A program made the translations under genes and the position numbers. DNA of 63,461 nt, the filler included, from Craspedostauros australis (lineage: Eukaryota): the NCBI GenBank assembly GCA_030167865.1. It is 16 parts of 16 records of this genome, joined end to end, with 100 filler letters (N's around TTAATTAATTAA, not from the genome) between each part and the next. Parts side by side here need not be neighbours in the genome. Positions count along the whole stretch, not along the records: positions 49,411 to 50,957 come from JALAGF010000099.1; positions 51,058 to 52,462 come from JALAGF010000100.1; positions 52,563 to 54,641 come from JALAGF010000102.1; positions 54,742 to 56,394 come from JALAGF010000103.1; positions 56,495 to 57,817 come from JALAGF010000104.1; positions 57,918 to 60,352 come from JALAGF010000105.1; positions 60,453 to 62,196 come from JALAGF010000106.1; 9 more parts are not named here. One strand, 5' to 3'. The notes under the pieces were generated by a model. That model was not told the DNA's origin. It made no database searches and worked only from the letters and a program-made list of their open reading frames with translations. Of the stretch, positions 49,411-62,061 are shown one piece after another (positions within the stretch are counted from its first letter, which is position 1; the number at the start of each line of letters is the position of its first letter).

Positions 49411-50957
49411 GACATCATGGTGGTCAGTGGCTTGGCCGATGGTGGTGCTGCCTGGGGCGTCGAGGACGCACACCATCTCGTCGGGGTGTTCGTTACTCCT
49501 CATGTAGGTCATCGAGATGAGGCCTGCGGTGGACATGTGATCCTTGAGGAGGCGCAGCATGCGCTGACGGTTGTCCCCGATTCGGAAGCGAGGGCGGATG
49601 CCTTTCTCTCGCTCCGGTTGGTTCTTGGAGTCCGAACCGTTGTGGAGGACGCGCTGCTGTTGGGAGCTGTCGTAGGACGTGGCTGCGTCTTCCGCAAGGC
49701 CAGTCCATTCGACGTTCGGTTTCCCTCCCGTCCAGGGCACCCAGTGACGACCAGCCTTGGTGAGGCCACCCATGATGGGTTTCTCCGGCTTGTCCTCGCT
49801 CTCGTACGCTACGTACGTGGTTTCGGGTCCGATGGGATCTTCGTCGGCGTCAAAAGGGAAGCCACCTCCAGTGGATCCAGTTTGGTTGCCTACGTTCCCT
49901 TCGCGTCCTGTGGTTCCCTCGGCTTCGCCGAGGTTCGGTGGGTTGTTGGCGTCCCCATCGTTGTCTTGGGCGGTTTCGCCCTCTCCCTGCCCGGCTGCCG
50001 TTTGGTCTCTTTGCTGAGGAGGGATGGGTGCAGCTCCTCGCGAGATTCGGGATTCGTTGAGATCTCGAAGGGCTTGAGCGGCTTGTTGATTGAGCCGTTC
50101 CACAAAGGCCTCCAGCCTGCGTTCTTCGCTGCTGATGCTCGTGTCTTCTCCTTGGGCGCTCATGGTGAGGCGGCGGAGGTGTCGAAGTCGTTGGGCTTCG
50201 CTTGGTGTCGACAGTTGTCTCAGGTCTTGCTGCTCTTCCTCCCTTCGATGGCGAAGGTGTGCACGGAGGTCTTGGCAGGAGTGTTCTTGAGACGTACACC
50301 TGGTTTTGCAGGTGTTGGTTGGATGCGCTTGCTTAGCAAGGGCTTGGTTTGGTGAGTTGCCTTCGGGCTAACTTCATAGATTGCTAGCCAGGATCGTTGG
50401 TCCTGAGAGGCTTGGAGCCTTTGGGCTCAGTGTCGTTGGACACAGCGGTCTGCGCACTTGAGGAAGTCTCTTTGAGAGTGAGGAAGGTGGATGTAAGCGA
50501 GAACCACTCGCAGCTACCAGTTAGTNTTCCGTGTCTTCTGCACGTTGTCAGGAGGATGGTTTGTCCTTCAACCGGTTTTGACGCCGTTTGATGTTGAGAA
50601 CAAAGCTGAATCAGACGATGATGTAACTGTAGTAGACTTGAAGGTAAACTGGTAAGATTGTTTCTGATTGCTTGTTTTATGTGTTAAGCTTACTGTTGAC
50701 AGGACGATCGAGTAAAAGGGCAGGATTCATGCTATCGTGCTTGAGCCGTTTGTGTTGTACAGCAACATGTCGTGATGGTTCTGCACATACCCAGCTGTTC
50801 AGTAGCCCCATCTGTAGAGCAGTACTTGATCCACGGGTGTGGATATGCTTCAAGATGCCTGCAGGATTCGCAAGATGGTTAGCTGAACAGGTGGCGCGGT
50901 TGCATGAGCTGGAGGATGAGCAGAGCATGGATTGTGGTTCAACTATACACCATGCGC
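49411..50957 (-). mobile_element. Probable 5' end of an LTR retrotransposon: partial LTR, primer-binding site and gag-like ORF starting at 50163
   Basis: The ORF contains MGGL...PWTGGKPNVEWTGL, which I recall from diatom copia gag N-termini (not verified by search). A PBS-like 18-mer lies about 340 nt upstream. Confidence 0.6.
50502..50519 (-). promoter_or_regulatory. Candidate tRNA primer-binding site TGGTAGCTGCGAGTGGTT
   Basis: The plus strand reads AACCACTCGCAGCTACCA, shaped like an initiator-Met tRNA 3' end (AAAC...GCTA-CCA), upstream of the gag-like ORF. Confidence 0.55.
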
Positions 50958-51057
50958 NNNNNNNNNNNNNNNNNNNNNNNNNNNNNNNNNNNNNNNNNNN
51001 NTTAATTAATTAANNNNNNNNNNNNNNNNNNNNNNNNNNNNNNNNNNNNNNNNNNNN

Positions 51058-52182
51058 GGAACTGATCCAGCTCACCTTCCTGACGTTCGGAGCTCCGTAG
51101 GTGAAGTCTACGTTCTTGTCATGCTCGGGAGCGCACTCGTAGGAGGTGACACAGTGCTGGTACCAGTCAAACACATCGGAAGTGCGGTAGTTGTCCATCG
51201 AGTTGGCGCCTTCGATCATGAAATCGACGAGTCCGCATTCGGATTCGTTGACGACGTAGCAGGTGGTGGCNGCCTTGCCGCGNCCACGTCCGCGGCCTCG
51301 GTACACTCCATCGTAGTTGCTGCCATCGTAGCAGAATGGAAGTTTGTCGATGTATCCATCTGGAAGGTGGGTGATTCCGTCACAGCCGGGACCCTGCTCG
51401 CCAGTTGGTGCCACACTGGTGGTTGGCTCGAAGCTGACGCTGGGGGCGTTGGTCTTTTTCGGTGGCGCAGTCGGCGAGCCGGTCGGTGCGGGGGTTGGGC
51501 GCAGTTGGGCATCCAGCTTGCGTTGGACGTTGGTGTCGATCTCGGCTGGTTCGGTATCTTCATCGACATCATTCGAATCGGAATCAGCATCGGCATCAAT
51601 CTCCACTTCCTCTTCAGCGGAATCCTCGGAGCAGCCGCACTTGATCTCGTAGGTCACGGTGCACATCTCCGTGGGAACGAACTCCCCAAGATCGCATTCG
51701 TCAGGGAAGCGACCGTCGAAGTCTTCGGCAAGATCCTCGAGCTTCTCTCCGTCGAGACGATGGTCGGAGATGTAGATCGCGATCTTCGCCGTGTTGGTGA
51801 GCGGGTCGCACATGATGTCCATGGCTTGACCCTCCGCAGTGTAGAGGTTGGAACCAAACGTCACGGGCCCGAAGTTCTCGATGCACACCGGCTCGCCGTT
51901 GGTGTAGACGGATGGGATCACCAAACCCGCAAAGTCGACGTCCTGCCCTTCGAAGAAGGTCTGCTTGACGACGACGCGGACAGATTCTGGATCCTCCGGT
52001 TGCTCCGAAGCCAGAACGACGGCCTCATCCTTGGCGTTGACGAGACCGGCCGCATGGCAGCTACCGCTCTTGGCCGGCTTGGCGCAAGTTGGCTTGGAGA
52101 CCGCCATGGGATCACGTTCGGGAGAGGCATCGACCGCCGCACCCCCGAGAAGGGCGAGCAACGATGCTGCAGAAAGCTTCAT
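51058..52182 (-). CDS. Secreted Cys-containing protein with signal peptide, acidic stretch and PTPAPT linker (3' partial)
   Basis: MKLSAASLLALLGGAAVDA signal-like start at 52182, then a Cys-spaced globular module, a D/E-rich linker, VQRKL, RPTPAPTGSPTAPP and a second Cys module. Confidence 0.8.
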
Positions 52183-52562
52183 GGTTGCTTGGGCGCGTAG
52201 TGGCTTGGTTGTTTGATTTTGACGCTTGCGATGTGTTGTTGCTTGTGTGTTGTTTGCGTTTGCGTTGGTCACCTCAAACTTTTTATGAGTGTTGGATGAT
52301 CGGAATAGAAGGTGTAGTCCGATGATGCATGTGATGAAGCATGTGGGGCAAGTGTTGCCACTGCCCTTGACGATGCTACATCAGATCATGATGGTGATGA
52401 TCATGATGATGGTGGTGATCCTGCTGCGTTGGTGTTCAACAGGACACGGGCACCATCGTTGTNNNNNNNNNNNNNNNNNNNNNNNNNNNNNNNNNNNNNN
52501 NNNNNNTTAATTAATTAANNNNNNNNNNNNNNNNNNNNNNNNNNNNNNNNNNNNNNNNNNNN

Positions 52563-54641
52563 TGAACCGTTACTCGCTGATTCGCCTGGAGCCATTGGAA
52601 CAACAAAAGCATCTTCGACCCCACGTCGCTTTTCTCTGTGATGAAGTAACTCCAGCAGTAGTCNNNNNNNNNNNNNNNNNNNNNNNNNNNNNNNNNNNNN
52701 NNNNNNNNNNNNNNNNNNNNNNNNNNNNNNNNNNNNNNNNNNNNNNNNNNNNNNNNNNNNNNNNNNNNNNNNNNNNNNNNNNNNNNNNNNNNNNNNNNNC
52801 GCGATTTCCCAATCGCGCAGTCAACACACACGTTCAGTTTTCCTGTCACGTTCCAGCCGTACCTCCCTGCTGTTCGAGAGATGGTGTACGCATCAACGTG
52901 GCCTAACATTTTATGAATAGTGTTGATGTCGACTGGTGCGTCGGTTGACACACCAACATGAGCTTGGTCGTCGGCCTTGGCATTGCTCATCATGTTCACT
53001 CCGCAAACGAAGCCACTCTGGGTCGCCATGATGCGGTCGAAGCTGATGCGCACGCTGCCCTTTTTCAAGCTGATCACGATGCCGCGGTTACTAATGTCGA
53101 ACCCATTTTCGAGAGCTTTATTGATGCTCAGCAGGTTCACCCACAGCTTCGGCACGTACTTCACTGACTTGAGTACGACGATGGATGTCCTTCCATTCTT
53201 CTGCATGACGGTCATGCGCTTGTCGCCCACCTTGGTTGCCTTGAGGAAGCGTCCGTTTCCGATCTTCACCGATTGTTCGGAGACTTGGACGTTGGTCATC
53301 CCCTTGTCACAATTGGTGAGATGGCACGATGCACCTGAGTCGCCCAGCCAGGTGTTGCTTTCGTAGTGGTCTGGTGCGATGGCGGATCTCTTTGCATCGA
53401 CGTCGTTCACATTCCCGATCATCAGAGCTACCTCGTGGTGATCGCCGTGTTCCGTGTAGAGCGGTAACACTGAGAGCGCTGGGTTCGAGTCTCGAACCCC
53501 TTTGTTGCTGCTGTGATGCATCCAGAGGATGGAGTGCGAGGCATGGAGGGTCATGCAGGAGATCAGATTGCTAGGGAAGGGTTGGCGATAGTGAGCTTCC
53601 AAGCTGTTGTTGATGTTGCAGGGGTTGCGACAGACGGCCATGGTGGTGATCATGCCGATGTCATGCAGCTTGAAGTACACGGAGCGTGGTTCAATCTGTG
53701 GAGTATGGTCCCCCGTGTGAGTATCCACGGCGTCGTAGCACAATAGGGCGAGTTCGTTTCGCACTGCGTTGGCTGGGAGCACGTTGCTCAACGACGCTCG
53801 GATGGCGTAGCGGAGGGAACCGGTCCTTGCGAGCAGGGCGCGGCGCTCCGCGCGTTCTGCATCGTTGCTCGGCACATCCCCGCGTGGGTCGTTGTGGAGC
53901 TGGATGAAGAACGGGACTTGGGGGCATTCTACGCACCATGCGTAGAGTGGTCCTCGCTTGAGGCACAAAGGGCACCAGGCCGTGTTGGTGGTGAGCCGTG
54001 CAGCGTTCTCGATCATGCGCTCCACAAGCGTGTGCTCAGGGGCGAAGTTGTACACCGGGCGGGGTGGTCGTCTTCCTTGGTTGGCTTCCCCCATGTCATC
54101 GTCGACATCTTCCGTGTCGGTGGCCCCTTCGTTGGTGAGGCTTGCGTCGTAGTAGGACTCTTGTCCTTGGTTGGAGTTGCTCATCTTGTTGTTGACGTTG
54201 TGTGGTCTCAAGGAAACAATGGGAGAAGTGTCAGTCTGTTCGACGATGGATGCAAAGGCGACGTCTTCCATTACGTTGGAGTCGGATTGATTGTTGCTTC
54301 CGATGTCGCGTGTTTTTCCCTCGTCTGTGTTCACGGATAAGTTGGTCACATTTTCCAATTCGTTCGTGTTTCCCGAGGTGGGGACACAAATTAGCTCATC
54401 TGTCATCATGAGAGCCACGTCGTTGTTTCCTTCCATTCCATCGGTCGCCACGTTGGCCGAGTCTGCCTCCTTCATAGCTGCTTTCAGCTTGAAGCACTGT
54501 AGGATCTTGTGTCCCTTCTTACCGCAGTACTTACACTCCCCATTGAACTTGGGCTTACTGTTGTTGTCTCCTTGACCACTCTTCTTGTTCTTGCCGTTGC
54601 CTTTCTTGGGGGCGGAGCGGCAGTCTGCCTTCTTGTGGCCG
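52563..54641 (-). mobile_element. Ty1/copia (CoDi-like) gag-pol fragment: zinc knuckles, protease, pre-integrase HHCC region and start of integrase core
   Basis: One open frame with GHKKADC and CKYCGKKGHKILQC knuckles, WLGDSGASCHLT protease, VKYVPKLWVNLLS, HKMLGH...CVDCAIGK and DYCWSYF. Internal N gap at 52664-52799. Confidence 0.95.
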
Positions 54642-54741
54642 NNNNNNNNNNNNNNNNNNNNNNNNNNNNNNNNNNNNNNNNNNNNTTAATTAATTAANNN
54701 NNNNNNNNNNNNNNNNNNNNNNNNNNNNNNNNNNNNNNNNN

Positions 54742-55527
54742 TGAGGCGCAGGTCCTTGTCTTCGATGTAGGCTTGATTCGTCTGCTTGGCGATGTCGTAT
54801 GCGGTCCTGTTGCTGGTCGTCATGACCAGCTCCATCTCCATGTCGTCGAGCTTGGCGCTCACGAACGCGGGGATCTCCTCGCAGGGAGCGGAGCTCCCGG
54901 TGATGTCCTCATGTATGTGCTTGCGTTCTTCGGATGACATCGCGTGCAGCTCTTGCGCGATGATATCGGGGACCTTGAATGTGTTCAAGATGTCGTCGTT
55001 GGTCAACGGTGTGGTTTGCTCCGCATCTGCTCCTATTGTGGCGTTCGCAAATGCGTTCGCGCAAGCGGGATTGCTGTGATCAGCATCTTCGTTCGGTTTC
55101 CCGATCTGAGCACGGCAAGAGAGGCGACGATGGATTGTGAGCTATATCAACATGCGGTTTGGTTCACTGTTGGCGTTCCGGTTGCAACTACATTCGAACT
55201 ATTATAGTAGGTATGGTATCTCCGCGGTCGTAGTCGTCATCATGGGCTATGGAGAATCATCACCATTGCGCAAGTACTCACCTCGCCATCGTCGTCACGG
55301 AGAGTGCTACCGCTGAAGTCACAGTTGCAGCCGCTGCCAGTGTCTGAGCTCAGGTCTGATCTGGCTTCAACAATCTCATTGCCAAGCGTGCGAATATTAT
55401 GTTCGCCATGACATGGAAAGCAGGATTCTAACAAAGAGCAGCTTGCCATGAGGAGCTCATCGTCATCGTCGCAATGTGCTAAATACTCATCCAGTTGCTG
55501 CCACTCGTCGGCGGAGAAGGTACTCAT
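54742..55527 (-). CDS. Diatom expanded-family protein (N-terminal region typical of DUF6824-associated proteins), 3' partial; exons 55527-55282 and 55105-54742
   Basis: IAQELHAMSSEERKHIHEDITG...EEIPAFVSAKLDDMEMEL...AYDIAKQTNQAYIEDKDLRL matches the family pattern as I recall it. A phase-0 GTGAGT...CTCAG intron (55281-55106) joins the two ORFs in frame. Confidence 0.65.
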
Positions 55528-56494
55528 GGTGGGAGTGCCGGTCACGGTATCTGCAGTAGTAATGGTTGTTTCGCGCAAGATTGATGTCTGTGCTTGTGGC
55601 TTGAAGTGATGCTGTGAGCACGCTGTGCTGATCCGGGCTGGAGGAAGAGGGGCTGGAGGAAATTGAGCTCACAGCGCCTCACGGCATCTTCGTCTGATGT
55701 CGAGTTTGCGGAAGAAACAGCACCTGCTGCTCCTGTTGGGAATTCGTTGTGTGGATACAGGTGGGCACTGGAGTGGCCCATGTAGTGCCATAGCTCAGAC
55801 TTCAAGCTTGTTCTGATCGAAATCACGCTTGTCGCGAAACGCAACAGGGGCAGCCGCGCTCCCCCTTGTTGTGCTTTGTCATGATGCTGGGAGCCGCTTG
55901 ACTTGCCTTTTGGCTTCAGGTATTATAGTTTGCTCACAATGGNNNNNNNNNCCCTTGGGTATGCGAGCGAACTGGAGAGGTAAAGCAGACAGAGAGCAGC
56001 TGGTTGTTGACATATCCTCAATGAGATGGCCTACGTGGTGGGTACAGGGAGAACGTGGCTCTGTGTGTCCTGACACATGAACCCCCAAGCATCGAGATGC
56101 ATGTGCGCAGCACAAAGCACGGGAGCGAACGAGAACACCGCCGCGATTGTTGGGTTCCTTCTTCGTTTCTCGTCCCCCCTTTCTCCGCCCCCTGTTCATC
56201 TGCGAATGTTTGTCGCGCTTCTTTCATCGAACGTCATCTTCCTCGGTCTCTTGATTTCGAGATGTAAGTTTAGGGATCAGCCACGAACGATAACGTTGTA
56301 CATACAATGATACACTATAATGCGGTGCAATTGCGTTGATGGAAATGCAAGCTATTATATTATAGATCCGTGATGTATAGTAAGATAGTTGGATNNNNNN
56401 NNNNNNNNNNNNNNNNNNNNNNNNNNNNNNNNNNNNNNTTAATTAATTAANNNNNNNNNNNNNNNNNNNNNNNNNNNNNNNNNNNNNNNNNNNN

Positions 56495-57817
56495 ACGAGC
56501 CGCCTTGAACGACCCATCACTCACCAGCAGCAGGGTGTGGTTGCGTGCTGCCGTCAGCAATCGATCCCATGTGGCATCACCCCCGAGATCTTCAACCGGA
56601 TCGTATGGTGTCGCGGGTTCGTCAGGCTCACGTTCCAAGCCAATTCGCCCATCCCATGTGATCCCCCGTTCGGTAACCGCCACCACCACTCGATTCACTC
56701 GATCCGGGAGCTCCGGTGTCGTCCCTCGCTGTCTGTAAGACTTCAGCCGCCTGCTGCGTTGCCGTACCGGCACAAACACTCGTATTGGATCGGTATGAGA
56801 ATCAAAGATCTCATTCGTCAACGCCGACCTCCACCACTGCCACGTCCCGTCGTTCTCGTACCACCGGCCAAGAGTCGTCAGAAGCAGTCGTCCGCGGTAG
56901 CACAGACTCTTGCACCACCTTCTCCATTCCCTCCACCACCCACTAGGCAGATCAGCCGGTCTGTTGGCCCACTGACTCCCTTGAGTTGGCGCACTCACGC
57001 CTTCCAACACCTCTGACGCCAACGACACTCCCGACGCTTCCACGATGTCCGACATTCTGGCAACCCCCAGCTTCATCCGGCACATGTTCAAGTGGTAGAG
57101 CTCAGCACCTTTCTTCCCGTCTCTAATCCACCGGTTCATCAGGAATTCATCTCCTTCACGTTGTAAGGTGGGGGCCTCCGTGGTCTCAATGACATTCACA
57201 CCTGTGTCGTGTAGTTGCCTCCACAGGCCTTTCACCCAACATGGGGTTACACATTGGTGCACTCTGTCGAACGGATACGAAAACAAGGAACCACCCACTC
57301 CCAACTCTGCCTTGACAGCTTGAATAGAGCATGTCAACATGCGGCCCGTCGGTGTATCCCCGTGCACTTCCTCAAACGCCAGCTGTATCTGCTGCACCAG
57401 TTGGCGGTGCACCGGATTGGGGACCCCGAGTCCTCCGAGCGAGATTGGGGCGTAGACCAGGTCTCTGGGGAATGTTCTGGAGCATCCCATCTGCGGCAGT
57501 GCCGCCAGCAACGCCGGTGCCATAATCCTTCGCCATTGGGCCTCCGTGAGCTGAGTTATCCCCATCACATATTCGATTGACTTGATGAACCGAAGCACGA
57601 GAGCACACCGCGCGTCCTCCTGGGAAAGTTGGGATCGCCTCATTTTACCGGCAAAATCTTCCGCCTTCTTTCGGAGCACTTGAATCTGCTGCTCCTCGCT
57701 CTCATCGAATGACAGGAACACTCCGAGTGTGAACAATGGCTGCTCCAGGGGTCGGCGCGGAATGTCTCGGCGCTCCCCGTCCCCGTCCTTGATGGCTATC
57801 CCCTCGCTCTCCGTCCC
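56495..57817 (-). mobile_element. Non-LTR retrotransposon fragment: RT thumb/connection region and start of RNase H
   Basis: Frame open across the whole contig: TLGVFL, SRTFPRDLVYAPISLGGLGVP, WVKGLW, LNMCRMKLGV and LLLVSDGSFK (first RNase H Asp). Confidence 0.85.
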
Positions 57818-57917
57818 NNNNNNNNNNNNNNNNNNNNNNNNNNNNNNNNNNNNNNNNNNNNTTAATTAATTAANNNNNNNNNNNNNNNNNNNNNNNNNNN
57901 NNNNNNNNNNNNNNNNN

Positions 57918-60352
57918 CGTGTAGATCCACGCGATGATTTTGGCCGCGTTTCGTTGCCTGAGGTTCTTGTTGAGTACCGATGTGATGAGCGCGATGTGCT
58001 CGTGACTGGCAAAACAACACGCATTGTCGCTCTGTAGGATGATTTCAGTCACGGATGGGAGAATGTCTTTGACCTTTTTTTGCACGATCTCCAGTAGTCG
58101 ACCAAATTGAAGTGTGTCTTGTGTGGGTCTTCCACCAACCACAATGTCAATGAATCGATAAGTAAAAGTGTCATTGTGACACGTGATGACCATTGCCCCA
58201 AGCAGTGACATTCCCTTCTTCCCCCAATATTCTTGTTGGGCTTCGCCTTGGCCTGTCGGTAGAATTTTTTGCTTATGGTCNNNNNNNNNNNNNNNNNNNN
58301 NNNNNNNNNNNNNNNNNNNNNNNNNNNNNNNNNNNNNNNNNNNNNNNNNNNNNNNNNNNNNNNNNNNNNNNNNNNNNNNNNNNNNNNNNNNNNNNNNNNN
58401 NNNNNNNNNNNNNNNNNNNNNNNNNNNNNNNNNNNNNNNNNNNNNNNNNNNNNNGTTGTCCTTAAGCATTGTGACAAAAGGAACAAAACGATCATCCACA
58501 AATCGCATTGCTGCGCCACAACGGTTGCATACTTTACGTGGTTGTTCGGTTGAGGCGGTGGGAGGAATGTCAATTGTGATGGTTGGAGTGTCATTTGTGA
58601 TGGTGGCGGTCTTCTTGCGTTTGTTCTTGTGCTTGTTGGTGCGTGTTTTGCGTTGATTGCTTGTTGCCTTCTTCTTCTCCTTTTCGGTGGTGAGAGCGAA
58701 CGCGGCCGAGTGCATTGGGTCATCACACTGAAGCTGCATGTGCGACGCGGTGAATTCCCATTTGAGGAACACAACAAGCAGTTCAAGTGCATGCAAGAGA
58801 GAATCGGCTGTGCGCACATGCTGCGTGATGACGTCATCTGCTTCATCGTTGTCGTTGCGGCTTTCGTCATTGGCATCGTTTCGCTCCTCGCCGCCCACTT
58901 CATACTTAGCCTTCAGCAGCTCAACTAGGCGCGAAATTGCCTGTTTGAGTTTCTCCGTGGCCATCCAGAAGTAACTCTCAAAGGACGAAAGCCCCGTCTT
59001 GATCTTGCTTTTGCGTGTGAGTAGGTTAGTCATAGTAGCAAACGCGGGCATTCCAACTGGGTGGTTGGTAGCGGAAGAGTACATGTCGAATAATTCTTGG
59101 ATGGTAGTGCTGCCACGATCGAACACTGGGACATTCTCAAATTCAACTCCACCATACTGTACCATGTGACTTAACCCTGCCTTGTATGTTGTTGTTGTCA
59201 TGAGGAAGGACACCACACCAGAGAGATCACAGGCACGCACGCGATACTGAAGAACTCGCAGTGGAATGCTTTCACCGTGGCTCATCATGTCGTAGTAGCG
59301 TCGCAAGGTGTCTGTCTGACTGCGTGTGATCATGTCGCGTTTGGGAGGCATGCGCGCCTTCTGTTCCCCCGATAGTCCATGTGCGTGCTTGCCCAAGATA
59401 GTAGTGCACAGTGCATGTGGCGCAGACATGGCCAAGGCAGCTCTCGCTGTGACGGATGATGTAGTTTCTCCGAGCAAACCCAGGGTGTACAGATTGGGTG
59501 CCAACATGATTGGCGGAAGCTCCAAGTTTCCGCGTACGTATTCAACCACCTGGTCCATCTGACAAGCCGGCACATCCTCTTCTGGAAGAAGGACAGTCTA
59601 AAGCGCGGACGATACGACGTTCCACATCTGTTTCACATAGCTCCAGATGGTTCGATCATGTCTGCCTGCAAGGACGAACCCCTTTGTTGGCATTGACTGC
59701 AACAATTCTGGATCTAGGTTAGATCGAAGCGCTGCCATCACGCGAACAATGGCGTTGCGCCTCCAGTTTCCCGCCTCTTCTGGATCGTACCCGAACTGGC
59801 CTCCTCTCCTGTTCCTGCTGGCGCGCGGCCCCTCCTTCTTGTAGTTGTCGTCGTACGTGCTGTCACTGTCGCCAGAGGCATCTGCGTAGCCCCCAGCAAC
59901 AACAGCATTGCAGCGACGAGGGAGCCTTGCTGGTGGGGTCGGCGCGGCAGGTGGTGCAACGTCAGCCGCAGCAGGCGGGGGTGGCGCGTTCACGATAACG
60001 CTCACCGAAGTCCCATCGCCGACACCTCGTCCCTCCGAACGCACCTCGACGCGAGAGTCGTCGTAGACGCCTCCGTTGTCGTCCAGGATGTGGACGTACA
60101 CGTGCAGCTCGCGAGCATGTGCATGCGTACCGTTCGGGACGAGGCTGCCATCCGTTGCATGCATCGGCTTCACATCGATCACTCGAGTGATGGTGCTCCG
60201 CTTCTGGACTGCGGCAGACGGCTTGTCAGGCAACAGTTGCTCGACAGTAGGCAGCAAGTTTCCCTTGGAGTCGGCAGGAGGAGCAGATGCAAGGCAAGCA
60301 GAACGGGGTTTCTTACTGGGGGAGGGGTTAGCATCCTTGGAGAAGGCATTGG
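57918..60352 (-). mobile_element. DDE/D DNA transposase, Sola3-like, with one in-frame TAG
   Basis: DHKQKILP...EAQQEYWGKKGMSLLG...QD...LQSDNACCF resembles the Sola3 catalytic core as I recall it. ORFs 60257-59598 and 59573-57918 share a frame and are separated only by TAG at 59598-59600. N gap at 58281-58454. Confidence 0.65.
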
Positions 60353-62061
60353 NNNNNNNNNNNNNNNNNNNNNNNNNNNNNNNNNNNNNNNNNNNNTTAA
60401 TTAATTAANNNNNNNNNNNNNNNNNNNNNNNNNNNNNNNNNNNNNNNNNNNNTGAACAGACCGAAACAACACGCAACATCATGGAGGAATTGTCGAGTGA
60501 AAGAGCAATTCGAGATGGTTGTGAACCGCACCAAATTCAGGAAAGATGTGTGCCATCCGCAATATGACGTGTGTTGGAAATCCGGGGTATAGATACTGTA
60601 GTTTAATGTTTATCAAACTGTACCGTTTTAGAACTGTGAGAACAACATATTCATTTCTCAAGTCCTCGACTCGTTTGCCCATGATGATGCTGGTGGGCCT
60701 CCTGTAGTTGCCCCTCACAATCATCATTACAGACTCTCTCCATCATGCACATCTTATTGCTCATGACAGGTGCATCTTCACCATGCTTGTCTGTTGAGGT
60801 GTCCGTCTACTCTCCTGAGATACATGCATGCCGATGCTTGATTCATTCTCTTCTCATCAGGCATCCATCATTCATTCAGTACACTCTTCCGTGTTGTTCA
60901 CTCACTCTTCTCACATGTTCACTGACAATCACACTTGGTCAGAACATGGAGTTCTGGCACGATCAGTCCAGTCCTTCGATGTTGTTCCAGTCCGCGCTTT
61001 GTTCTCCTTCGCTGGTTCTCTGTCAGTCACGTAATCATGTTCTGGGTTCCGAGCGACTCAACCGTGATAGCGCTTTCGCATAGATGTTTCAGGTCAACCG
61101 GTTAACACTCATGCTTGGAACACTTCGGTGTTCCAGTCTCCCTTTCGCATCCATCATTCACCATGCCAGTTCGTCAATCCCCTCAAGCCATGTCACATCA
61201 TTAGTCTGTCCTTCGTCTGTCATACTCTTGACACACAGAGGAGGAGGTCCACAATCGACTTGGGAGTGTGTCCGACTTTGGTAGATTGGTCAGTCTATTT
61301 TTGGTATTATGGGAGGTGCGGCAATCTAGGATAACACGACATAGTCGCACCCTCGATTCCTGACAGACGTGATGACAACAATGCAAAGAAGAGGTGCTAA
61401 TCTGTTTGTCTCATAACACCTGTCGTCCTACAACCAATAACAACTAACAAACAACAGAACAGCAAGACTTCAGTCCATCTCCGTGCGCGGAGTTTTCTAA
61501 CATTGATTGTCAAGGGTGTGAAGGTTGCTCGATAGAGGAGGCGTCATTTCCGATGGAGCACGGAGGGTACTCGTCATGCGGTTGTTTGTGTCAACATTGA
61601 CCTTACTTGGCTGTGCTTGGCTCGGTTCGTCTCTACATGGCAAACTTCTGGAGCCACAATGTGAACATAGGGCAGGCACATCGATAATGCGGCGCCATCA
61701 TGCTTTGGCTCTTTTGTGACAAGCATCGCACAACATGTGACCACCCACATGCCTTGCGTCTGGACACACTCCCACAACGAAGATGAAAACCCAATGTCAT
61801 CGGAAGGAATGCGGCGTGCCCGGCCCTTACCTCAGCTGCGACAAAGGAAGATGACTCCGTTTCCGAAGGAGGACGACGGTGCGTCCATGTTTTGATGCCC
61901 CCGGCATTCCAGGACGGCGGGTGGGCATTTCCAACCACCAGGGAACACCAAGTGATATAACTCTTGCCTGCGTTGGTATTGGGAGGAATGTTGTGTTGCA
62001 CATTCATTGTTTGCACATTCATTGATGATTGCTCCGATCACCAGGTTCTATCTCTTCGTAT

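Noticed and set aside
60453..61400. Possible solo LTR or decayed retroelement
   Set aside because: No second copy, PBS, clear polypurine tract or coding motif is visible.
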